DNA of 14,942 nt from Pseudomonadota bacterium (GTDB lineage: Bacteria > Bdellovibrionota_G > JALEGL01 > DATDPG01): assembly GCA_043809315.1 (NCBI GenBank), contig JAZDDX010000023.1, positions 1-14,942 on the forward strand, written 5' to 3'. Under the pieces are notes generated by a model that had not been told where the DNA came from, did no database searches, and saw only the letters and a program-made list of their open reading frames with translations. Both the position numbers and the translations under genes were made by a program. Each line of letters opens with the position of its first letter. Position 1 is the first letter of the stretch. Shown one piece after another: positions 6,055-14,942 of this stretch.

Positions 6055-7289
6055 ATCTTCAGGCGAGCGCGTGAAATTCCAAGTTCGCGCGGAATGGCTC
6101 GGTCCTCGGTGGTGCGGTTGATGAGACGATCTAACGATGCCTTTCGCAACCGATAGGTCTGTCCGTGTCCCAGATATCCGATTCGGGAATTGATTCTCGC
6201 GAGCTTTCTTTCGAGTGCTTTGGACCGGGCTGGAAATGCAAGCGGGTGCCGGACTCCCGGCTCGGAAAACGAAAAACGTTCAAGGTCGCGAATCTCCTTC
6301 ACCCACTCCCATTTCTTTCGGGGTTTTGAGAAAATTCGCAGAGGTTGGGAAGGGTAGGATTCCTGGCGCAGGCGGTATCCCAAATATTCGATCCCTTGGT
6401 TCAAGCAAGTTAACCGCGTTTTTTTCGCATTCAAATTCTGAAATCGGTTTTTCCGGAGCCATCTGTCGATGGGGTCCGCCATCCCCTGAAGTCGATTCGG
6501 ATCGAGATCCAGCAACATGAGATCATCCATGTATCGAAGATAAGCTCCCGGTTTCAAGGTCCGGCAGATCCAGTGGTCCAATGCGTTCAAATAGACGTTG
6601 GCACCGAACTGGCTCGTGAGATTCCCGATGGGAATTCCTTGATCAACGTTTCGGTTGAACCATGTTTTTTCGGGCAGGATAAGGTTCCAATCTTCCTCCG
6701 ATCCCTTTCGAACCGCGCCGATCCGCGCATCATGGTTGTACACAATTCGAATCAGATCTCGAAGCTTGGGATCGGTCGCGGTGCCTAACAATAAATCGCG
6801 AAGAGTCGGGCGATGAATCGTGACAAAGAAAGAAGCGATGTCGAGCTGTAAAGCCCACACGGGCAAGCGGCCTCCTTGGCTCACGGACCGGACCTTCTTC
6901 TGCAGGTAGCGTAGGGCTCCGTGGGTGCCTTTCCCAATTCTGCAAGCAAAACTCGAATGAACAAACCTCCGCTCCCAAGAAGAGGTCAATCGACTTACGA
7001 TCAGATGGTGCACGATGCGATCCCGGAAATGAGCCGCAAAAATTTCTCTCGGTTTGGGGTGTTTCACCACGAAACAAACCGAAAGGAGAGGTTTGTAACG
7101 GTTCTGATGGATCTCCCGATGAAGTTTTAAGATGTTTTCACCCAACCGGGCTTCGAATGTCGTTTGGTGGAAGCTGGCCTGTTTGCCGAGGCGACAGGTT
7201 TGATATGCCGTCAATAAATCTTTGAACGTGGGCCAGGATGTGGATTGACCGGAAAGGGAACGTGTAGTGGATCGCGGCCGACTGTTCAT
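6021..7289 (-). CDS. DGR-type reverse transcriptase, oriented opposite to target-avd-TR
   Basis: KPREIFAAHFRDRIVHH, FACRIGKGTHGAL, LDIASFF, the DGR signature GIPIGNLTSQ, catalytic YLRYMDD, GIEYLGY and C-terminal SRIGYLGHGQTYRLR. The frame is open to 7484, but ATG 7289 (422 aa) best fits the RT N-terminus. Confidence 0.95.
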   Translation of the reverse strand: MNSRPRSTTRSLSGQSTSWPTFKDLLTAYQTCRLGKQASFHQTTFEARLGENILKLHREIHQNRYKPLLSVCFVVKHPKPREIFAAHFRDRIVHHLIVSRLTSSWERRFVHSSFACRIGKGTHGALRYLQKKVRSVSQGGRLPVWALQLDIASFFVTIHRPTLRDLLLGTATDPKLRDLIRIVYNHDARIGAVRKGSEEDWNLILPEKTWFNRNVDQGIPIGNLTSQFGANVYLNALDHWICRTLKPGAYLRYMDDLMLLDLDPNRLQGMADPIDRWLRKNRFQNLNAKKTRLTCLNQGIEYLGYRLRQESYPSQPLRIFSKPRKKWEWVKEIRDLERFSFSEPGVRHPLAFPARSKALERKLARINSRIGYLGHGQTYRLRKASLDRLINRTTEDRAIPRELGISRARLKIKGDYKAISSS

Positions 7290-7491
7290 CTTTGGGTTTT
7301 CTATCTCTTCAACGCAGTAGACCCAAGATTTTTGATCGGTCGTTTGCTTCTTCCACATCTGAAGTGATTGAAAAACCACAGTTTTTTCGATGCGCTGGAA
7401 TCCGTTGATGTTGAGGATGAGAAAACCAAGAAAGATAACGGTCGTGAGGGGGGTCCTTCGGGTGTGACATCTTGCCGGGTCCAAGAATCCG

Positions 7492-7541
7492 CTTGCTTTC
7501 GTAAACTAGAAATGTAAGTAATACACAAGAATATGTTACAC
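7492..7541 (+). promoter_or_regulatory. Conserved promoter/operator block, copy 2 (between divergent RT and xis-int)
   Basis: CTTGCTTTC-N19-AATACACAAGAATATGTTACAC, matching 2011-2060. Confidence 0.6.
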
Positions 7542-7580
7542 AATCCGCTAGCCGGGGAGGTGGCTACGCGATACGCGTGC

Positions 7581-7838
7581 ATGGAAGAAACTGGCGAGTT
7601 GTTCTCGAAAGGTCTAAAAAGCGTTCATTCGGTCGAAAAGTCTTCCCCGGCCGGGATCTTTGAAAACAGAATATACACGGTAGAAGACGCCGCTAGGCTC
7701 GCCAACGTCTGCTGCAAGACCATCTACAGATTGGTTGCTGCAAGACAATTGCGCGTGAAAAGATTGCCTGGCGGTCGAAGTATCAGAATCCTCGGTTCCG
7801 AGCTGATCGGGTGGATGAAAGGGGGCAACCGTGCCTAA
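7581..7838 (+). CDS. xis: Excisionase-like helix-turn-helix protein
   Basis: IYTVEDAARLANVCCKTIYRLVAARQLRVKRLPGGRSIRI is an HTH_17/excisionase pattern. It overlaps the integrase start. The start is uncertain (7533, 7560 or 7581). Confidence 0.8.
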   Translation: MEETGELFSKGLKSVHSVEKSSPAGIFENRIYTVEDAARLANVCCKTIYRLVAARQLRVKRLPGGRSIRILGSELIGWMKGGNRA

Positions 7839-9099
7839 AAAATTCGACCCGATCGCTTACAAAGGGAAAAAGACAATCGCCGTAAAAATGGACCATCCCG
7901 GAGTCTGTCAACTCTGGGATTGGGATGAGAGAAAGGGGCGTTATTTCCCCCGAACCCAGGGAAATCGTTACTACGCGTATCGGAAGGTGGGCCTCACGCA
8001 ATCTTCCAAATATCTGAGCAGCTACGAGGAAGCCAAACGATGGCGTGATTCCGGGTACCTCGTGGAAGAAGAGGAAAAAGCACGGGGACTGACGTTTGCC
8101 GAAGTGAAGGCGCGCTATTTCGAGCACCTGAAAGGCAGAGTCAAACCCTCATCGATCGAAAGCTACGAGAACAACGTCCGGCATTTGGGATTTTTTGACG
8201 CGATTCCCGTAACCGAGATCACGACAAGGACGGTGGATAGCTGGATCACCGCGATGAAAAAACCGGAATATTTAGCGACTCAGCACAGTACGCGCATCAC
8301 GTATGAGCATGACCTGAGACTGTTGAGACAGATTCTTCAGTACTACGGTGATTATGTAGATCCGGACGGCAGGTTTCAGTTGCCGATCAAGAAGCGTCAC
8401 AATACGGATGTCATCGTGGACGTCGTGAAGTATCGGGAGCGCCTGGATCAGCGGCGCTCGAAATTCATGACGAGAGAGGAGAATGAGCACTTCTTGGAAG
8501 AACTCAGGAAGCGGTCGTTCCAGTCAATGCTGGATCGTTTCGTCTACCTGGCTGCGTTCATTTATTTGAGGACAGGAGCCAGAATCGGCGAGATCTGCGC
8601 TTTAAATTGGCGTGATCTGAATCTCAAGACGGGCGCAGTTGTGATCTCGAAGACGGTTCACTTTTCGAGGAGAAAGGGGCAAGTTTCGTACGTCTCTTCC
8701 TCGACGAAGACTAAGAAAACGAGAGAGCCGGTTATTCAGGACATGGAACTTCTCCGCGAACTCAGAGAATTCCGTTTGAGTTCGGGAAGGGGCGAGGGGT
8801 TGATCTTGAGCGAAGATGGGCAAACCCCATTGGAGTATAGGTCGATCCAATTCCGGATGGATAAGGTGTTTAAGGCTCTTGCGTTGCCGTTTCGAAGCAC
8901 GCACATCCTGAGACACAGCTTTGCCACGGATTTTTTGCGCGTGACGAAGAATCCTCTCGCTCTTCAGGCCATTCTTGGGCACAGCGATTTTCGCCAGACC
9001 CAAGAGTACGCAAAGCTCACGGATGACCTCGTGAAGGATGCTTCACGGGAATACGCCAAGAGCTTTTTGAAGAAGCCGGACGAAGTTGCCGCTGGGTAA
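7831..9099 (+). CDS. int: Tyrosine recombinase / phage-type integrase
   Basis: Catalytic set: R in TGARIGEICAL, K in TKTKK, HILRH, LGHSD and Y in TQEYAK. Adjacent to the att site and tRNA. Confidence 0.95.
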   Translation: MPKKFDPIAYKGKKTIAVKMDHPGVCQLWDWDERKGRYFPRTQGNRYYAYRKVGLTQSSKYLSSYEEAKRWRDSGYLVEEEEKARGLTFAEVKARYFEHLKGRVKPSSIESYENNVRHLGFFDAIPVTEITTRTVDSWITAMKKPEYLATQHSTRITYEHDLRLLRQILQYYGDYVDPDGRFQLPIKKRHNTDVIVDVVKYRERLDQRRSKFMTREENEHFLEELRKRSFQSMLDRFVYLAAFIYLRTGARIGEICALNWRDLNLKTGAVVISKTVHFSRRKGQVSYVSSSTKTKKTREPVIQDMELLRELREFRLSSGRGEGLILSEDGQTPLEYRSIQFRMDKVFKALALPFRSTHILRHSFATDFLRVTKNPLALQAILGHSDFRQTQEYAKLTDDLVKDASREYAKSFLKKPDEVAAG

Positions 9100-9109
9100 C
9101 GCTGGGTAG
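9090..9109 (+). repeat. Putative integrase arm-type binding sites (CGCTGGGTAA CGCTGGGTAG)
   Basis: Tandem 10-mer matching 254-272. Confidence 0.7.
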
Positions 9110-9127
9110 AACCCCTTTCCGGGGTTC
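9109..9127. terminator. Hairpin between convergent int and tRNA-Asp; possible terminator
   Basis: GAACCCC-TTTCC-GGGGTTC is a perfect 7-bp stem, but the U-tract is weak. Confidence 0.45.
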
Positions 9128-9158
9128 GGTTCTCAATCATCTCAAGAAGTTAAATAAG

Positions 9159-9177
9159 AATTGGCGGGGCGGACGGG
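9159..9177. repeat. att site (tRNA-proximal copy)
   Basis: Identical to 118-136. Confidence 0.95.
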
Positions 9178-9238
9178 ACTCGAACCCGCGACCTCATGCG
9201 TGACAGGCATGCGTTCTAACCAGCTGAACTACCGCCCC
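9162..9238 (-). tRNA. tRNA-Asp (GTC)
   Basis: Reverse complement GGGGCGGTAGTTCAGCTGGTTAGAACGCATGCCTGTCACGCATGAGGTCGCGGGTTCGAGTCCCGTCCGCCCCGCCA: 77-nt cloverleaf, anticodon GTC, encoded CCA. Confidence 0.97.
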
Positions 9239-9253
9239 AATGAAAGCTGCGGG

Positions 9254-9282
9254 TTTCTAACAATGTTACGGAGGCAGGTCAA
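9254..9282 (-). promoter_or_regulatory. sigma70 promoter of tRNA-Asp
   Basis: On the minus strand: TTGACC, 17 bp, TAGAAA with an extended TG, just upstream of the tRNA. Confidence 0.65.
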
Positions 9283-9382
9283 TTTCCATTTGAACCCACG
9301 CCCAGCCAACTCTTCCGAACCCTTGAGGTTTTTCGCGTTTCCGGCTATTCCTCTCCGCTCAACAACCGGCGTGGAGGTCGAA

Positions 9383-9862
9383 ATGGCGAAGTCTTCACAA
9401 GTGATCGAAGTTTTAAACGAGGCTCTGGCGGAAGAGATCATCGCGCTCAACCAGTACTTTCTCCACGCGGAGTTGTGCGAGCACTGGGGATTCGAGGCGC
9501 TCAGCAAGCACATCAAGAAACAATCGATCGACGAGATGAAGCATGCCGAGAAATTGATGGAACGTCTGCTCTTTCTCGGCGGAATGCCGAAGTTGGAAAC
9601 GGCTCCGAAGCTCAAGATCGGGCGGACGATCGAGGAGATCTTCGCGAACGACCATGGGTTGGAAGAGATGGCGATCGCGAGCTACAACAAGTGGATCGGC
9701 GTCGCGCGCACGGCGGACGACAACGGGACCCGACTGCTCCTCGAAGAGATCCTGAAGGACGAGGAAAATCACATCGACTGGCTCGGCACGCAGCTCGATG
9801 TGATCAAACAGGTCGGCCTTCAGAACTACCTGACGAAGCAGCTCGAAGAGGCGAAGGCGTAG
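9383..9862 (+). CDS. bfr: Bacterioferritin
   Basis: NQYFLHAE, SIDEMKHAEKLMERLLFLGGMP and ILKDEENHIDWL (ferroxidase centre and heme-ligand Met). GGAGG SD before ATG 9383. Confidence 0.95.
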   Translation: MAKSSQVIEVLNEALAEEIIALNQYFLHAELCEHWGFEALSKHIKKQSIDEMKHAEKLMERLLFLGGMPKLETAPKLKIGRTIEEIFANDHGLEEMAIASYNKWIGVARTADDNGTRLLLEEILKDEENHIDWLGTQLDVIKQVGLQNYLTKQLEEAKA

Positions 9863-9865
9863 ACG

Positions 9866-10483
9866 TTACGTTCCGGCTTGGATGAGCCGGACGATGTTTT
9901 GAGCGGCCTCACGCAAGGCCGACGTGTCATCCCCGTCATTCGCGAAGATCTTCTCCGCGAACTTCTTGTACGGATCGATATGCTTCCGGTGCATCGGCAG
10001 GACGAAGGTCTGGATGTTCGTCCAAGCGACGTCGTACGTCTTCCCCCGCTCGTTCAGATCACGCCGTAAGATTCTCCGGACGCGGACCTCGTCGGGGCAG
10101 TCGACGAAGAACGTATGGTCCAACGCCCTCCGGATCTCTTCCAGAGTCAAAAGGAACAACCCCTCGACCAGGATGATATGGGTCGGCGCCTGGGGGCGCG
10201 AGTGGCCGGTTCGGGAACAGCTGGCATAGTCGTAGGTCGGAACGCGGATCGATTCTCCGTTGCGCAATCGTTTGAGATCCTGGAGGAAGTGCTCCTCGTC
10301 GATTGCATCCGGACAGTCGAAATTTACCTTGAGGCGCTCTTCGGTCGAGAGAGGGCCGATGTCGCGGTAGTAGGAGTCCTGGGAGAGGACGGAGGCCTCG
10401 TCTCCGAGGAGGTCTTTCAGGTGAGCGCAGAGGAGGGTCTTCCCGGCTGCGGAGCCTCCACAGATCCCGATGAGGGTCGGCAT
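9866..10483 (-). CDS. udk: Uridine kinase
   Basis: IGICGGSAAGKT P-loop, QDSYY, NFDCPDAID, ILVEGLF, RRILRRDLNERG and PMHRKHIDP. ATG 10483 gives 205 aa. Confidence 0.9.
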   Translation of the reverse strand: MPTLIGICGGSAAGKTLLCAHLKDLLGDEASVLSQDSYYRDIGPLSTEERLKVNFDCPDAIDEEHFLQDLKRLRNGESIRVPTYDYASCSRTGHSRPQAPTHIILVEGLFLLTLEEIRRALDHTFFVDCPDEVRVRRILRRDLNERGKTYDVAWTNIQTFVLPMHRKHIDPYKKFAEKIFANDGDDTSALREAAQNIVRLIQAGT

Positions 10484-10547
10484 GTCGGGAAGTTCGTATA
10501 CTGGAGCCTGGCAGGGGGCGCAAGATTCGTGGCATAGTTTGTCCGCC

Positions 10548-11576
10548 ATGCGAAAACTCGCCCTTCTTTTTGTCTCCTCCATTCTTTCGACGGCTGTTTC
10601 GGCGGCCGAGAAATCGTCTCCACCGGCAGCGAACTCCCCCCTCTGGATCGCGAGCCGGAGCGCCGTAGTGGCCAAAGGACTCCGGTTCATCCGACAAGAG
10701 GGGGGGAAGATCCGGGATCCGAAACTGTCGGCCGCGGTGAAGGCGCTTCTCGATTCCCCACAGCCGAGTTTCGTTTCCAAAGAAGGGAAGGGGACACAGC
10801 CGTTGCTCTCGGCCCCGGGAGGTTCCTCGAATTCGCACCATGGTTATCCCGGCGGCTGGGCTCTGCACACGGCGTTCAACCTCCGGTCGGCTCTCGCGTA
10901 CGCGGAAAACTACGAGAGGACCGGAACGGGGGATCGCCTGCGCTGGGACTACGTTCGGGCCGCCGCGATTCTTCACGACATCATGAAGCCGTTTACGTTT
11001 GTGTGGGGGGTCGATGGAACCGCGGCCCCCGAGCCGCAGATGGCGGGGACCTCGTTGCATCACATTCTCGCGATCACGGAAGTGCTGCATCGGGGGCTCC
11101 CGAACGACTTCGTTTTCGTACTGGCAGCGGCGCACGACGCTCCCGACGGGAAGGGGGTCCCGATGTTGATCAAGTATCTTCAGGCGGCCTACGGCCTGCT
11201 CGGGCGGGATTCGGTAGCGGAGAAGATGCTCGTTTCACCCAAGAAAGGATCGTTCACTCTCGCGTTCCAGCCGCCAGCCGAGGCATTTATCCATTACCTA
11301 TCGGATCAAAACTGGGTTTTTTCGACTGAGGCGATCACGGTTCTGACTCCGGTATTTCGTGGGATCTATGACGGAGACGCCTGCCTGAACACTGGCCTTT
11401 GCACGTTTCAGGCGTTTCGGGACCTGCTCTTTTCGGAGAATGCGGAGACGAGCCTTTACGGTCTTTGGGCGATCGGCGGGAGGGACGCTCTGAAGCCGGC
11501 TTTGGATAAGGTTGGTGGGCGGTGCAGGATTCGAACCTGCGACCCCCTGCGTGTAAGGCAGGTGCTCTCCCGCTGA
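10548..11576 (+). CDS. Exported HD-domain metal-dependent phosphohydrolase-like protein
   Basis: Signal peptide MRKLALLFVSSILSTAVSA; motifs HHGYPGGWALHT, ILHDIMKP, HHIL and HYLSD. The 3' end overlaps tRNA-Val antisense. Confidence 0.75.
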   Translation: MRKLALLFVSSILSTAVSAAEKSSPPAANSPLWIASRSAVVAKGLRFIRQEGGKIRDPKLSAAVKALLDSPQPSFVSKEGKGTQPLLSAPGGSSNSHHGYPGGWALHTAFNLRSALAYAENYERTGTGDRLRWDYVRAAAILHDIMKPFTFVWGVDGTAAPEPQMAGTSLHHILAITEVLHRGLPNDFVFVLAAAHDAPDGKGVPMLIKYLQAAYGLLGRDSVAEKMLVSPKKGSFTLAFQPPAEAFIHYLSDQNWVFSTEAITVLTPVFRGIYDGDACLNTGLCTFQAFRDLLFSENAETSLYGLWAIGGRDALKPALDKVGGRCRIRTCDPLRVRQVLSR

Positions 11577-11587
11577 GCTAACCGCCC
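11513..11587 (-). tRNA. tRNA-Val (TAC)
   Basis: Reverse complement GGGCGGTTAGCTCAGCGGGAGAGCACCTGCCTTACACGCAGGGGGTCGCAGGTTCGAATCCTGCACCGCCCACCA: 75 nt, anticodon TAC. Confidence 0.97.
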
Positions 11588-11616
11588 GAATTTGGGTCCA
11601 GTCGTGTGTCCCCGAA

Positions 11617-14076
<2,460 letters not shown>

Positions 14077-14103
14077 TCCGACTCCTCGCGTTGGTGGACC
14101 CTC

Positions 14104-14132
14104 AACATAGGGTCCGAGAAGAAAATAGCAAG
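14104..14132 (-). promoter_or_regulatory. Putative lon promoter (sigma70- or sigma32-like)
   Basis: On the minus strand CTTGCTA...CCCTATGTT reads as TTGCTA-16-TATGTT, or as sigma32-like CTTG-N-CCCTATGT. Confidence 0.4.
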
Positions 14133-14154
14133 GGGATCAGGGTATAATATAACC

Positions 14155-14942
14155 ATGGCCGTGGGTCGAGCCCCTTTCCTCTTGCTCCTTGCGGTGCTCG
14201 CGGCCGGATGCAAGAACACGCAGGTCAACTGGGTCGGCATCTTCTCGGGCGATCCTTCGAGCGGGTTCCGTTGTTACACCGGAGGTCTCGGATGGCTCGC
14301 CTGTTCGGATACCGACGGCGATGGCGAACCGGACCGAACCGACGGCGGTCATCCGTTCACCCCCAAACCCTCGGAGGGGAGCGACGACGCGGCTCCGGCC
14401 CCTCCCGCTGGAGCGATTCCCGACACCGGTGAAGATCTGGATGGACCGCTTCGTGGGTTCGATCTCGACGTGTTCGACTCCTCGAGGGGGTCGACGTGGG
14501 AAACCCGGCAGGCAAGCCACACCCATCTGTTTGACAACCAAAACTCTCATTACAATGTCGTGGATTTTTTCTCCGATACGAACTTCGGTTTCGCGCCGGC
14601 GGTCGAGGGGTGCACGGATCTCACCTTCCGGGTCCGGCATGCCGATCGAGGGAGCGGGGCATTGGATCTCACGTTCAACGGGGTGCCAAAAAAATTTCGG
14701 GCCCCCAATCGTTTCAGCGACACGTTCGGGTATGCGAACGGCGACTTCATTCTGCACGAAAGCGGACCGGTGACGGTGTTCCGGTGGCAGCCGAATCGGA
14801 TCGGGGTACTTGCCGGGACGCAGCCGAGCGTCGTGCAGAAAGACACCGCCGACCGGCACGGATCGTTCACGGTCCAGGTCTTCTGTGGGAGCACTCGAGT
14901 CTGGGAGTTCGCCGCGTACGAGCACGTGGCGGAGGGGGCGGA
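14155..14942 (+). CDS. Putative lipoprotein, truncated at the window edge (not in the ORF track)
   Basis: Open frame from ATG 14155 to the end: MAVGRAPFLLLLAVLAAG-C lipobox, DTDGDG motif and a Pro/Ala/Asp-rich linker. TATAAT at 14143-14148. Confidence 0.8.
   Translation, partial: MAVGRAPFLLLLAVLAAGCKNTQVNWVGIFSGDPSSGFRCYTGGLGWLACSDTDGDGEPDRTDGGHPFTPKPSEGSDDAAPAPPAGAIPDTGEDLDGPLRGFDLDVFDSSRGSTWETRQASHTHLFDNQNSHYNVVDFFSDTNFGFAPAVEGCTDLTFRVRHADRGSGALDLTFNGVPKKFRAPNRFSDTFGYANGDFILHESGPVTVFRWQPNRIGVLAGTQPSVVQKDTADRHGSFTVQVFCGSTRVWEFAAYEHVAEGA

Larger units (their letters stand above)
118..9177. mobile_element. Integrative element (IME-like genomic island, 9041-bp excisable unit) in the 3' end of tRNA-Asp, carrying a DGR and an AbiE TA system
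   Basis: Exact 19-bp direct repeat AATTGGCGGGGCGGACGGG at 118-136 and 9159-9177, covering the tRNA-Asp 3' end. Integrase and xis lie next to the tRNA, and a relaxase-like gene lies inside. The sequence looks less GC-rich than the flanking lon/udk region (judged by eye). Confidence 0.93.

Noticed and set aside
6021-7484. RT as a group II intron, retron or Abi RT
   Set aside because: It has the GNLTSQ DGR signature, adjacent avd and an adenine-specific TR/VR pair. No intron domain V/VI or endonuclease domain was seen.
118-9177. Prophage or self-transmissible ICE
   Set aside because: No capsid, terminase, tail, coupling protein or T4SS genes lie between the att sites.
9161-9382. N-terminal extension of bacterioferritin in the ORF track
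   Set aside because: It is the antisense of tRNA-Asp and its promoter. The real start is ATG 9383 with a GGAGG SD.
4513-10536. Identical 12-mer ATTCGTGGCATA at 4513-4524 and 10525-10536
   Set aside because: Several 12-bp matches are expected by chance in 15 kb, and there is no further alignment.

Overview
Bases 118-9177 are a complete integrated element of about 9.04 kb, inserted at the 3' end of a tRNA-Asp(GTC) gene and bounded by an exact 19-bp direct repeat. It encodes a tyrosine integrase and excisionase, a Replic_Relax-type relaxase with two small ribbon-helix-helix proteins, an AbiEi/AbiEii type IV toxin-antitoxin pair and a DUF6933-like protein. It also carries a full diversity-generating retroelement (DGR): a signal-peptide-bearing DUF1566/C-type-lectin-like target with its variable repeat (VR), a cruciform, Avd, the template repeat (TR) and a reverse transcriptase (RT). 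The DGR layout is unusual. The RT gene is on the opposite strand, converging on the TR and diverging from xis-int, and its last codons overlap a 17-bp hairpin that pairs fully only in the TR-sense RNA. There are no phage structural or conjugation (T4SS) genes, so this looks like a minimal integrative mobilizable element delivering a hypervariable exported protein. The rest (9178-14942) is host chromosome, probably Deltaproteobacteria-like (Myxococcota/Bdellovibrionota; inference only): tRNA-Asp, bacterioferritin, uridine kinase, an exported HD-domain protein, tRNA-Val(TAC), Lon protease and a lipoprotein gene cut off by the window edge. All counts and alignments were done by hand.
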